Positions 9,370 through 18,508 of a DNA stretch of 48,202 bases are shown here, in pieces. The notes beneath the pieces are model-generated. The model saw nothing but the letters and a program-made list of their open reading frames with translations, did no database searches and was not told the DNA's origin. Origin of the DNA: Actinomycetota bacterium. GTDB lineage: Bacteria; Actinomycetota; CADDZG01; JAHWKV01; JAOPZY01. Where the stretch lies: assembly GCA_025963875.1 (NCBI GenBank), contig JAOPZY010000102.1, forward strand, positions 1-48,202. The letters are read 5' to 3'. Positions within the stretch are counted from its first letter, which is position 1. Each line of letters opens with the position of its first letter. A program made the translations under genes and the position numbers.

Positions 9370-9824
9370 ATGCATCCAGATTCCGCAACGCTCGTCGTCC
9401 CACCGTCCGCGCTGGTGCGCAGGGTGATGGGTCCGTTGACGACGGTCCTGAACCCGCTGATTGCCCGGGTAGCGGGGCGGAGGCACATGGGGATGGCAGC
9501 CCTCGTCTACCACACTGGCCGTCGCTCGGGGCGGTCCTACGTGACACCCACCGGCGCTCGCCGGTGCGGGGACGTTTCCTCGTGCCGCTGACCTTCGGGA
9601 CCCGGTCGGACTGGTGCCGCAACCTGCTGGCGGCCGGAGGGGGCCGCATCCGCTGGAAGGGCCGGGACTACGTGGTCAGGGACCCGGAGGTCTTCGCGAC
9701 CGACGAGATCCGTCCCCTGGTGAACGCCACCTTCGCGGCTCCGATGCGAGCCGGCTTCCGGCTGCTGGGTATCGGGTGCTTCCTGCGATTGAGCCTCTCA
9801 ACCGCAGACAACTGCCGCTCATGA
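9370..9824 (+). pseudogene. Deazaflavin (F420)-dependent nitroreductase family protein, frameshifted near 9575
   Basis: HTGRRSGRSYVTP in ORF 9370..9591 continues as FLVPLTFGTRSDWCRNLLAAGG in the frame ending 9824. Confidence 0.8.
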
Positions 9825-10091
9825 CTGGTATCCGCCCTCCATCCACTGCTGGTAGAGCGCCACCTGAGACGGGGACCACAGCGGTTCCCCAGAGCGGGTG
9901 GGCGGCATCGAACCGGCGGATACCGCCTCGTAGACCGCGTGGGCCTTGGTGGGGTCGCTCATGTACGAGTAGTCATCCAGCAAGACGCTGAATCGCTTCA
10001 TGTGGTTGATGTCCATCTCCGTAAACATCGGGAGGATGTCCGCGTTGAAGCTCACGGCCGCCGATGTGGGTTCCTCCTCATGTGTGCTCAC
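9819..10091 (-). CDS. Small conserved hypothetical protein
   Basis: VSFNADILPMF...AVSAGSMPP...W....ALYQQWMEGG; globular composition; RBS-like GGAGGAG upstream. Confidence 0.7.
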   Translation of the reverse strand: MSTHEEEPTSAAVSFNADILPMFTEMDINHMKRFSVLLDDYSYMSDPTKAHAVYEAVSAGSMPPTRSGEPLWSPSQVALYQQWMEGGYQS

Positions 10092-10181
10092 CCTTGGTCT
10101 CCTCCGCTCAGGGTCACACCCTCGTTAAGGGCGGTCACCGCGAGAGCGTACTACCAACGTCAGGCCTGGCCGGGTGGCGTG

Positions 10182-10871
10182 TCAGCGGGTCAGGGCGCTG
10201 TCAGCCGCCCCCGCGTACAGCTCGGCGGCCCGCCAGCAATACCAGGCGACCACGGAACGGTAGGGGCGGAACGGTTCACCCAGTGGCTCCAGTTCCCGCG
10301 CACTTGGCATCGGCACCTTCCACGCCAACCCGTATCCACGGCGAACCCCCAGATCCCCGGTCGGCCAGACGTCCAGGCGGCGGAGCTGAAAGATGAGGAA
10401 CATCTCGGCGGTCCAGGTCCCGATGCCGCGCACCGTCGACAAGCGGGCGATCACCTCTTCGTCGCTCACCCGGGCGAGACGGCGCGGGGCCAGGATCACA
10501 GTCCCGTCGAGCACCTTGGTGGCAAGGTCACGAAGGGACGCCACCTTGTTGGCCGACAGCCCGACCGTCCGGAGTGCCTCCGGGGACAGAGCAAGCAACC
10601 CCTCGGGTTCCACCGCGCCGTCCAGCGCGGCAGTCAAGCGGCCGTGGATGGCGGCCGCGGCTGGCCCGGCCAGTTGCTGGTAGACGATCGCGCGCGCCAG
10701 GGCCGCGAAATGCGAGTCGTGGGGAGGGCGAAAGCGTGGTGGTCCGGCGTCGTCCACCAAGCGGGCGATCACCGGATCGCGGTCGGCCAGGATCCGGGCG
10801 GCAACCGCGTGGGACACGCGACGACCCGGTTGAGCAGGCGCGCTGAGAGAACCGGGACTCAACCCACTCAT
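10182..10871 (-). CDS. DNA-3-methyladenine glycosylase II (AlkA/HhH-GPD family)
   Basis: AIVYQQL, HhH VRGIGTWTAEMFLIF, DVWPTGDLGVR, PYRS..WY.W; start 10871 (ATGA coupling) or 10817. Confidence 0.92.
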   Translation of the reverse strand: MSGLSPGSLSAPAQPGRRVSHAVAARILADRDPVIARLVDDAGPPRFRPPHDSHFAALARAIVYQQLAGPAAAAIHGRLTAALDGAVEPEGLLALSPEALRTVGLSANKVASLRDLATKVLDGTVILAPRRLARVSDEEVIARLSTVRGIGTWTAEMFLIFQLRRLDVWPTGDLGVRRGYGLAWKVPMPSARELEPLGEPFRPYRSVVAWYCWRAAELYAGAADSALTR

Positions 10872-11587
10872 GTGAACGCGATCTCGCTGATATCAATCGA
10901 GACGATGAGCGGCTCGCCGAGTGCCTGGCCGTCTTGTGCTCGCGGAAAGATCCTGTGCTTGGTGGGGACCATGATGCCGGCGACCTGCGTGTAATCCGAG
11001 ATGAAGTGGGCGGCCATGGTTCCCCCTGCGATCTCGACGTCGTAGTCGTGGCGTCGGAACAGGCCGTCTCCACCGACGTACAGCGTCTGCTCGGTGCTGT
11101 GCGTGGCGAGGTAGCCCGGCCAGACCACACGCAGCCGGCGCCACTCCTCGCCGGCCTCCTGCCATGGGTCGAGCTCGCTCGTTTCGAATCCTGGAAGGGC
11201 GAACGTGAAGGGCTGCGTGAGGTAGGTCCACATCGCCGTGCCAACGAAGTAGGCGAGCTGAACCGTTGTCCATGGCGTCTCGAGTGTGTGGCCAGCGAAC
11301 GAGGCGCGCGGTTGCTCCAGTGCTTCGACGACGTCGCCGTCGGTGGTCTCGATGGCGACCCGCTCCGGCGTGAACGCGCTCCGGCGGTCAGCAGCGCCGA
11401 ATGGATGGTGCGATTCTCGCTCCTGGTGCAGGCTTGCCCTGACGAAGACGTCATCGACCACGCCCGGCTGGCCCTTGAGAGCCCAGAGGGCGCCGCCATT
11501 GACGGCGTGCACCGAGACCGCGTCAAGCCGGCTCCAGCGTTCGAGGCCACCGTGGGCCTCGAGAACAGTCTCAAGCAGATCGCTCAT
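10868..11587 (-). CDS. Conserved hypothetical protein
   Basis: MSDLLETVLEAHGGLERW..., YF.GTAMWTYLTQPF, RRHDY; operonic with the hydrolase and glycosylase. Confidence 0.8.
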   Translation of the reverse strand: MSDLLETVLEAHGGLERWSRLDAVSVHAVNGGALWALKGQPGVVDDVFVRASLHQERESHHPFGAADRRSAFTPERVAIETTDGDVVEALEQPRASFAGHTLETPWTTVQLAYFVGTAMWTYLTQPFTFALPGFETSELDPWQEAGEEWRRLRVVWPGYLATHSTEQTLYVGGDGLFRRHDYDVEIAGGTMAAHFISDYTQVAGIMVPTKHRIFPRAQDGQALGEPLIVSIDISEIAFT

Positions 11588-12576
11588 TTCTCCTCCCTAT
11601 CTTGGTTCCTGGTGGCACCCAGCCGCAAGGTCTCCAGCGTTTGGTCTTCATCGTCTCGGGATGTAGACGATCGTCGAGGGTTTCGGGCACGATCGTGTGC
11701 TCGGGAATCTGCTCCCTTCAGAGCGCCCCACCGGCCCGTGACGAGCGCCGCGTACTCGTCCGCTCGGTCCTCCCACGTGAAGTGCCCCGCGTCGATGATG
11801 TCGAGCTTGCTGTTGGGCAGGCGCTCGTGGAGGAACTCGGCGTTGACCGGTGGCACCGCCGGGTCTCGCCCACCGGCGATGATCTGCACCGGCGTCTGGA
11901 TCTCCGGCAGCAGGTCACGGAGGACCGGAAGCTCGGTTGGGTAACTGCGCACGTAGCGCATCGACTCGACGAAGCGGTCGCCATCGTAGGAGGAGAGGTA
12001 GTCGTCGCGGACGAACTGGGGAAGTTCGTACCGCTCGATGTCGGTAAGGGCGCCGGCGACGATCTGCCGCGGGTCAGCGCGGCGGTATCCCTCCAGATCG
12101 GGGGCTTCGACCCAGTCCCTCAGCACCCCGCCCAGTTGGAGCGGGAACGCCGCGCCCCCACTCCCGACGACGAGGCTCCGCAAGCGGCCCGGATACAACG
12201 CTGCGGCGAAGAGCGAGGCCCCCGTACCAACGTCGGGGCCGACGACGTGTGGCTTCTCGAGGCCGAACGCCTCGGCGAGACGAATCACGAACTGGCCCAT
12301 CGCCCTCGGCGACAGCAGCGCATCGCAGCGCTGAGAATGACCGAACCCCGGCAAATCGATGGCCACCAGATGCGTGTGCTCGGCGAGCCGTGCCCACGTC
12401 GGCTCGAAGGCGAGCAGGCTCTCCGGCCACGGGCTCAGCAAGAGGGCGTGATCGTCCCGGTCCTCGCTCTCTGCGAAGCGGATGGCCAGCCCGTCGATGG
12501 TCCGAAACTGCATCTGGGAGGTGTGCGACCAGGTGCTCACGGAGTAGTTCCTCGTCGTCGTGGTTGTACCGGTCAC
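11584..12576 (-). CDS. Alpha/beta hydrolase with Asp nucleophile (epoxide hydrolase/dehalogenase-like)
   Basis: PWPES, AIDLPGFGHS, VVGPDVG, DAGHFTWED. Confidence 0.88.
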   Translation of the reverse strand: MTGTTTTTRNYSVSTWSHTSQMQFRTIDGLAIRFAESEDRDDHALLLSPWPESLLAFEPTWARLAEHTHLVAIDLPGFGHSQRCDALLSPRAMGQFVIRLAEAFGLEKPHVVGPDVGTGASLFAAALYPGRLRSLVVGSGGAAFPLQLGGVLRDWVEAPDLEGYRRADPRQIVAGALTDIERYELPQFVRDDYLSSYDGDRFVESMRYVRSYPTELPVLRDLLPEIQTPVQIIAGGRDPAVPPVNAEFLHERLPNSKLDIIDAGHFTWEDRADEYAALVTGRWGALKGADSRAHDRARNPRRSSTSRDDEDQTLETLRLGATRNQDREEK

Positions 12577-12700
12577 TCGCCTTCCGGCCTACAGCACGCC
12601 GGTCGATCAGCGACCGCATCCCGGCCATTGTCGTGTCAGGGGGGCCGCGCTCGCATCCACCAGGGGACAGTGCAAGTGGCCGAGTCCCGCCGTGTCCCCG

Positions 12701-12755
12701 CTGTGAGCATTCTGTGTTTGTCCTACCGCGCATAGCGCGGTGAAACAAACACAGA
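12701..12755. promoter_or_regulatory. ACACAG-N5-TCACAG box (minus strand) overlapping an inverted repeat in a divergent promoter region
   Basis: ctgtgagcattctgtgt 12701-12717; inverted repeat tctgtgtttgt-cct-accgcgc-ata-gcgcggt-gaa-acaaacacaga. Confidence 0.5.
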
Positions 12756-12980
12756 CAATCGCTTCGGCTGGTCGGCGGGCCCGCCCATCCCCTGGCGAGC
12801 CGGTCGGCTTCGCGGCGGTAAGGGCGGATGCTGCCGCGCCGCCGCTTCCGTCCCGGCGGTGGGCGCCATCCGATCAGCCAACCTCACGTCGGGTAGCGGG
12901 GACTTGTGGGAAGACGGGAGGGCTCTCGGCGTTGAATAGGATAGGTCACGTGTTTCGCCCAGCGGGAAGGAGATCTCACC

Positions 12981-13370
12981 ATGCATACGTCCGGCGATCA
13001 TGACCTGCCATCCTGGGACGCCCAGGGCGGCGGGGATCCCGAAGAGGACCCAGCAGAGGAACTCGAAGCCAGGATCGACCACGCCGACCGGCCGTTCGGT
13101 GCTGAATCGTTTGGCACAACGGCGGAGGAAGAGGAGGAGGGGGAGTCCCTCGACCAGCGGCTGGCGGAGGAGCAACCAGACCGGCCTACCTCGGAGGTCC
13201 AACTCGCCATAGAAGATTACGCCGCCCCGGACGACGAGGCGGAAATGGTAGGCGAGGCCACGTTCGAGCACAACCCCTTCGTCTCGCCTGAGGAAGCGGC
13301 GGTGACGATCCGAACGAGGGCACCGGGGGCCGTCGACCACCCGGACGAGCAGGGAGGTGATGACGCATGA
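12981..13370 (+). CDS. Acidic DUF5709-like protein
   Basis: FGTTAEEEEEGESLDQRLAEEQPD...SPEEAAV; AAGGAG RBS. Confidence 0.75.
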   Translation: MHTSGDHDLPSWDAQGGGDPEEDPAEELEARIDHADRPFGAESFGTTAEEEEEGESLDQRLAEEQPDRPTSEVQLAIEDYAAPDDEAEMVGEATFEHNPFVSPEEAAVTIRTRAPGAVDHPDEQGGDDA

Positions 13371-13870
13371 CTGACCCGAGCGTCGGTCACGCCAGCCCAC
13401 TCCCACCGGGCAGCAGGGCGCCCGACTTCCAGCTTGCCTCGACCCCGGACCAACGAGTTTCGCTCGCCGAATTCCGTGGTTCGCCCGTGATCCTGGCGTT
13501 CTACCCGGCCGACTGGAGTCCGGTCTGTACCGACCAGATGGCCCTCTACCAGGAGCTGTTGCCCGAGTTCCGCAAGTTCAACGCCCAGCTTCTGGGCATC
13601 TCGGTCGATGGGGTCTGGAGCCATCTCGCCTTCGCGAGCGACCGGAACCTGCACTTCCCCCTGCTGGCCGACTTCGAGCCAAAGGGTGCGGTGGCTCGGG
13701 CCTATCACGTCTACCGTGACGAGGACGGCACGAGCGAGCGAGCCCTGTTCGTCATCGATGCGAAGGGCATGGTGGCGTGGAGCTACGTGTCGCCGGTCGG
13801 TCTGAACCCGGGGGCCGACGGCATTCTGCGGGCGCTTGAGAGCCTCAAGAGCGAAGGAGCAGCCGCGTGA
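13367..13870 (+). CDS. Peroxiredoxin (AhpC/TSA, 1-Cys)
   Basis: APDF, FYPADWSPVC, SERALFVID. Confidence 0.92.
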   Translation: MTDPSVGHASPLPPGSRAPDFQLASTPDQRVSLAEFRGSPVILAFYPADWSPVCTDQMALYQELLPEFRKFNAQLLGISVDGVWSHLAFASDRNLHFPLLADFEPKGAVARAYHVYRDEDGTSERALFVIDAKGMVAWSYVSPVGLNPGADGILRALESLKSEGAAA

Positions 13871-14460
13871 GCGCCGGGCAGTCGGAAGCCGTGCTCACTG
13901 TGCCGGTCTCGGAAGGAAGGGACCACATCCAGGGATCGGCGGACGCGGCGGTGACGATGGTCGAGTACGGCGATTACGAGTGCCCGTACTGCGGTGCCGC
14001 CTATCCGATCATCAAGGAGGTGCAGGCCCGGATGGGCAACCGCCTCCGTTTCGTCTTCCGCAACTTCCCCATCGCAACCTCGCATCCACACGCCGAGCGG
14101 GCAGCGGAGGCCGCCGAGGCTGCAGCGGGCCAGGGCGCGTTCTGGGGGATGCACGACCTCCTCTTCGAGAACCAGAGGCATCAGCACGATGAGGACCTCC
14201 GCTCCTACGCCGAGCGACTCGGGCTCGATCTCGATCGGTTCGACCGGGAGCTGGTCGAGGGGATGCACGCCGAGCGGGTCCACGAGGACTTCATGGGCGG
14301 GGTGCGCAGCGGCGTGAACGGCACGCCGACCTTCTACATGAATGGAGCCAGGCACGACGGCGGCTACGACGTCGAGGCACTCTTTGCTGCCTTGGAGCGG
14401 GCAGCGTCGTCGGAGCGATCCAAGAGCGAGAAGGTCGCCCAAAGCCCCCCTCAGCGGTAA
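13867..14460 (+). CDS. DsbA-family thioredoxin-fold oxidoreductase
   Basis: EYGDYECPYC, FRNFP..HPHA, GVNGTPTF. Confidence 0.92.
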   Translation: MSAGQSEAVLTVPVSEGRDHIQGSADAAVTMVEYGDYECPYCGAAYPIIKEVQARMGNRLRFVFRNFPIATSHPHAERAAEAAEAAAGQGAFWGMHDLLFENQRHQHDEDLRSYAERLGLDLDRFDRELVEGMHAERVHEDFMGGVRSGVNGTPTFYMNGARHDGGYDVEALFAALERAASSERSKSEKVAQSPPQR

Positions 14461-14524
14461 CCTCGCCTGTCCTGCCAAGCGGGTGGGCGCAAAATTGCGC
14501 GCTGGCAGGCCGTCGCGAAATGCG

Positions 14525-14599
14525 GCCCTGGTCCGAAGTTGGGAGCGAATCGCGCGCATGCGCGCGATTCGCTCCCAACTTCCTCCTCCGGCCCCCTGG
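14525..14599. repeat. Palindromic intergenic repeat, copy 2 (inverted orientation; perfect 48-bp palindrome 14535-14582)
   Basis: gaagttgggagcgaatcgcgcgca|tgcgcgcgattcgctcccaacttc between convergent genes. Confidence 0.9.
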
Positions 14600-14607
14600 T
14601 TGGCGTG

Positions 14608-15483
14608 CTACAGAGTCAGTACGGGTGCCAGCAGGCGCCACTGCTCGTAGGGCAGACCGGCGACGTCGGGTGCGGTCAGCACCTGGATCGCCACGTGGTC
14701 GGCGCCGGCCTCGTAGTGCTCTCGCACCCGGGCCTCGATGTCTTCGGGCGTGCCCCACGCCACGAGGGCGTCGACAAGGGCGTCGCTGCCCGCGCCTGCG
14801 AGGTCCTCGTCGGTGAAGCCCAACCGCCGGAAGTTGTTGGTGTAGTTCGGCAGCTGCAGGTAGCGGGCGACCACGGCCCGGCCGATCTCCCGGGCACGCT
14901 CGGGGTCGGTCTCGACCACCACCTTCTGCTCCGGGGCGAGCAGCGGCCCCGAGCCGAGGATCGCCCGGGCACGGCGGGTGTGCTCGGGGGTCACTAAGTA
15001 GGGGTGGGCTCCCGCCGCCCGCTCGGCGGCAAGGCGGAGCATCCGAGGCCCCAGCGCCGCCAGGACACGACGCTCCTTCGGCACCGGCGGCGTCGCCGCG
15101 TCGAGCTCGTCCAGATAGGCCACCATCTTCTCGTAGGGCCTGAGGTAACGCTGCCCTGACCCCTCCACCATACGGGCATGGCTGACGCCGAGGCCGAGGA
15201 CGAAGCGGTCGGGATGTTGACTCGCTACCCGGGCAACGTTGGCTGCCAGGTTGGCGGCGGACTCCGCCCAGATGCTGACGATGCCGGTGGCCACGACGAG
15301 GCGGTGGCTTGCCTGAAGCAGATGGGAGACCAGCTGCAGGTCCGGGCTGGCCCCGCCCAGCCAGAGCGCCGGGATGCCGAGCTCGTCGAGCTCTCCGGCA
15401 ACGCGGGCTGCCTCCCCGCCGCCATCGTCGGGGAAGAGTCTCGAGGTGACCCAGAACCCGGCCCGGCCCAACTCGAGAGGCAT
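14608..15483 (-). CDS. LLM-class F420-dependent oxidoreductase (MSMEG_4141-like)
   Basis: VATGIVSIW, RFVLGLGVSH, LAALGPRML, GAHPYLVTPEHT, LAPEQ, GADHV; AGGAGG RBS. Confidence 0.92.
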   Translation of the reverse strand: MPLELGRAGFWVTSRLFPDDGGGEAARVAGELDELGIPALWLGGASPDLQLVSHLLQASHRLVVATGIVSIWAESAANLAANVARVASQHPDRFVLGLGVSHARMVEGSGQRYLRPYEKMVAYLDELDAATPPVPKERRVLAALGPRMLRLAAERAAGAHPYLVTPEHTRRARAILGSGPLLAPEQKVVVETDPERAREIGRAVVARYLQLPNYTNNFRRLGFTDEDLAGAGSDALVDALVAWGTPEDIEARVREHYEAGADHVAIQVLTAPDVAGLPYEQWRLLAPVLTL

Positions 15484-15648
15484 CCGATCTCCTCCTATCC
15501 GGCAGGGTCTGGCGAGCGCGCACACTGGCAGGGAGAGCATTCCCCAAACCGGGCGCTCGTCGTCCATGCCTGACGATCTCGAGGAAGGCTGCGGCCGGAC
15601 GAGACACCGCGGTTCTCCCGGCCCGAACTCGTCGTGCCGGCCCTGCGC

Positions 15649-16617
15649 CTACAGCGTCGGGGGCAGGTCGAACATCGGGAACAGAGCGGCGCCGAACGTC
15701 GTGATCTCGGCAATCGTTCCACCCTCGATGCGCAGGACGTCGAACTTGAACGCGCGGAACTCGGTGTCGCCGGGACGCCTGAGGTAGCTCGCGGCGGTCG
15801 GCATGCGGTTGGCCATCGTGGGGACGAGCCGCCAGTCGCCGTCCCGGTCGACGCCGAAGGCGCGGTCGAGGAGGGGCGTGATGGCCTCGGTCCCTTCGAA
15901 GCAGTACGGGGCCGGCGGCATCGTGATGCGGATGTCCTTGGACGCGATCGCCACCGCAGCGGCCGCGTCGCACCGCTCATGCGCGTCGATGAACTGCTCC
16001 AGGAGCGCGCGTTCCTCTGCGCTCGGCTCGGAGGCTGACCACTCGAGGCGGCGCGACGGCAGGTGCTCCTGCATCGTCGCCCGCGCTCGCTGCAGCGCGC
16101 TGTTGGCCGCGGCGACGCTGGTGTCGAGGAGCGACGCCGTCTCAGTGGCCGGCCTCCCCAGCACGTCGCGCAGGATCAGCACAGCCCGCTGGCGAGGCGG
16201 AAGAACCTGCATGGCAGCGAGGAACGCCAGTTCGATGGTCTCCCGCGCCACGGCGACGGTGTCCGGTTGGTCGTCCGTCGGTGCCATCTCGTCCAGCAAC
16301 CGGTCCGGGTACGGCTGGAGCCACGGAACCTCCGCGAACGACTTCAGCTGGGCCACGCGCCGAGATCGGCTCCGGATCATGTCCAGGCAGACGTTGGTCG
16401 CGACCCGGTACAGCCACGCACGGAGCAAGGAGTCACCCTCGAACCGTTGACGGTTCCGCCACGCACGAAGGAACGTCTCCTGCACGGCATCCTCCGCCTC
16501 GTCGAAGGAAGCGAGCATCCGGTAGCAGTGCACGTGAAGCTCGCGGCGGTGCCGCTGCGCGAGGGCCTCGAAGGCCGGCTCGTCCACTGGAGGGAGACTC
16601 CCCGCCCTCGCGGTCAT
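15649..16617 (-). CDS. ECF sigma factor, SigG-like with SnoaL-like C-terminal extension
   Basis: HRRELHVHCYRML.S..EAEDAVQETFLRAWR, WLQPYPD, LPPRQRAVLILRDV, NSALQRAR. Confidence 0.93.
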   Translation of the reverse strand: MTARAGSLPPVDEPAFEALAQRHRRELHVHCYRMLASFDEAEDAVQETFLRAWRNRQRFEGDSLLRAWLYRVATNVCLDMIRSRSRRVAQLKSFAEVPWLQPYPDRLLDEMAPTDDQPDTVAVARETIELAFLAAMQVLPPRQRAVLILRDVLGRPATETASLLDTSVAAANSALQRARATMQEHLPSRRLEWSASEPSAEERALLEQFIDAHERCDAAAAVAIASKDIRITMPPAPYCFEGTEAITPLLDRAFGVDRDGDWRLVPTMANRMPTAASYLRRPGDTEFRAFKFDVLRIEGGTIAEITTFGAALFPMFDLPPTL

Positions 16618-17036
16618 GCCCCCGGCTCGCCTCGCCTGACCTCCTGCACGGCCCAGCTGTTGCCGTCGGGGTCGCTGAAAAAGGCGTAGGAGCCATAGTC
16701 ACGGCGCTCGGGATCCGGCCCCGGGACCATCCCGCCGGACTCGAAGTGCTGGACCTCGCTGACGTCGACCCCGCGCCCAGCGAGTTCGGAACGCGCGGCG
16801 TCGATGTCGGAGACGACCAGGTGCAGGCCCTGGGCCGAGCCGGGCGCCGCCTTCGTGATCCCGATCCCGACAGCGATCGAGCAGGCTGAGCCCGCCGGTG
16901 TCATCTGCACCACGCGAAACTCCTCGCCGGCGCGGTGGTCGACGTCCAGATTGAAGCCTGCCTTCTCGGTGTAGAAGGTCTTGGCACGGTCCACGTCCGA
17001 GACGGGAACCATGACAAGTTCGAGTTTCCAGTCCAT
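16614..17036 (-). CDS. VOC/glyoxalase family protein
   Basis: PVSDVDRAKTFY, FSDPDGNSWAVQE. Confidence 0.92.
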   Translation of the reverse strand: MDWKLELVMVPVSDVDRAKTFYTEKAGFNLDVDHRAGEEFRVVQMTPAGSACSIAVGIGITKAAPGSAQGLHLVVSDIDAARSELAGRGVDVSEVQHFESGGMVPGPDPERRDYGSYAFFSDPDGNSWAVQEVRRGEPGA

Positions 17037-17077
17037 CGTGCAGCCTCCTTGGTGTGGTGGGTGGGTCGTAGCCTCTC

Positions 17078-17866
17078 TTACCTGAGTGTCAGCCCGGACG
17101 TCACGTTCGCCATCGTCCCGGTCATGCCCGCGGCCCGGTCGGACGCAAGGAACGCAGCCACCTCGGCGACGTCGGCCAGCCTCGGTGCCCGGCGAAGCGC
17201 GGCCATGCCCCCGATCATCTCGACGAGCGTCTGCGGGTCCGGCACGCCCTCCCCGCCCACGGCCGTGAGCTTCTCCCTCGTCAGAGTCTCGGCGACGCCA
17301 GCCGTCCAGATGCCGCAGACGCGCACGCCGTGTGGTCCCACCTCGGCCGCCAGGTACCGCATGAACGCCTCCGTCGCCGCATCCGCCGGTCCCGTGCTGC
17401 CCATGCCGGGCATGGCCCCGGCTCCCGATGCGCTGTTCAGGTGAAGGATCACCCCGGAGCCCTGCTCGATCATGCGCCTCGCCGCGGCCCGCGCGGTCAG
17501 GAAGTTGCTTTGGAGTCCGTTGACCACCGCACGCAAGAGGTCGTCCGTCTTCATCTCGACCAGCGGGATCCCCTGGACGTCGCCGCGGTTGATGAGGTTG
17601 AACGACACGTCGACGCTGCCAGCCTTCGAGACGACGTCCCCGACGTGCTCGTCGACAGCCCGCTCATCCAAGGCGTCGAGGACGGCGATGTCCGCCAAGC
17701 CACCGGAGGCCGTGATGTCGTCCGCAATGGCGTCGAGCTTGTCGCGCGTCCGTCCGGCGAGGAAGACGTGGGCGCCTTCCCGGGCGAAGGTGCGTGCGAC
17801 GCCGCCGCCGATGCCCCCTCCGCCGCCGTAGATGATTGCGTTCTTGCCTTCCAGGAGCTTGCTCAT
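17078..17866 (-). CDS. Short-chain dehydrogenase/reductase (atypical, lacks YxxxK)
   Basis: GGGGGIG Rossmann motif, LAAEVGPHGVRV, AAFLASD..MTG; catalytic region reads TGPADAA. Confidence 0.9.
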   Translation of the reverse strand: MSKLLEGKNAIIYGGGGGIGGGVARTFAREGAHVFLAGRTRDKLDAIADDITASGGLADIAVLDALDERAVDEHVGDVVSKAGSVDVSFNLINRGDVQGIPLVEMKTDDLLRAVVNGLQSNFLTARAAARRMIEQGSGVILHLNSASGAGAMPGMGSTGPADAATEAFMRYLAAEVGPHGVRVCGIWTAGVAETLTREKLTAVGGEGVPDPQTLVEMIGGMAALRRAPRLADVAEVAAFLASDRAAGMTGTMANVTSGLTLR

Positions 17867-17900
17867 CTCACCTCCGTTGTTGGGGCCGACGTCTCAAAGG

Positions 17901-17930
17901 TGAAACGTTGGAGCGCCCGAGAACTCATCG
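17901..17930 (-). promoter_or_regulatory. SigG-type promoter CGATGA-N18-GTT upstream of the SDR-VOC-sigma operon
   Basis: Minus strand cgatga gttctcgggcgctccaac gtttca; resembles the mycobacterial SigG motif CGATGA-N18-GTC. Confidence 0.65.
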
Positions 17931-18092
17931 GTGCCGCGATGAGTCATGGCCCGTGACCCCTCGCATGCAGTTCGCCGGGCAACTTCGATGTCCGTTCCAT
18001 TCCACGTCGATCTGCCCGATGGATTTGTGCGAGGAGGTCGGCTGGTCAGGTTCTCTCGAACGTAGGAAACCTGGGTTGTCAACACGAGGCGG

Positions 18093-18503
18093 TTAGCGCT
18101 CCACCTCCTCGCGAGCGCGTTCGACGAGGTGCCCTGCCCACCGAGTGGCGTTGCCGGCCATACGGGCGTCGATCAGGCTTACGCCGTAGTGGGCTGTGTC
18201 TTTCACGGTCACGAGCCTGACGAGAGACGTGGCGAGTTTCTTGCCGTCCGGTGTGGCCTGTTCAAGCAGGCCTGTCGCACTTCGGTGGTCGTCGCCTCGG
18301 TGGTGACAACCGAGGCGGACGCAGCAGATCGCATCCGATGCTGCGATACCGGCCAGCACGGCGAGGCCCGTGGCGACATTCGAGAACTCCCGCCTGCCCG
18401 CCTCGCCGAGTACGAGTTCGGCCGTCTCCAAGTAGGCCTCTGCGGTTCGCAGACGCGCCCTTGCCTCGTTCGCCCCGCACGGTGCGGCCCGTGTCCCCGC
18501 CAC
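18093..18503 (-). CDS. HEPN-like domain protein (putative toxin)
   Basis: Helical: AEAYLETAEL..AVLAGIAASDAIC..HRGDDH...KDTAHYG; 5 nt downstream of the MNT gene. Confidence 0.65.
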   Translation of the reverse strand: MAGTRAAPCGANEARARLRTAEAYLETAELVLGEAGRREFSNVATGLAVLAGIAASDAICCVRLGCHHRGDDHRSATGLLEQATPDGKKLATSLVRLVTVKDTAHYGVSLIDARMAGNATRWAGHLVERAREEVER

Positions 18504-18508
18504 GAGCT

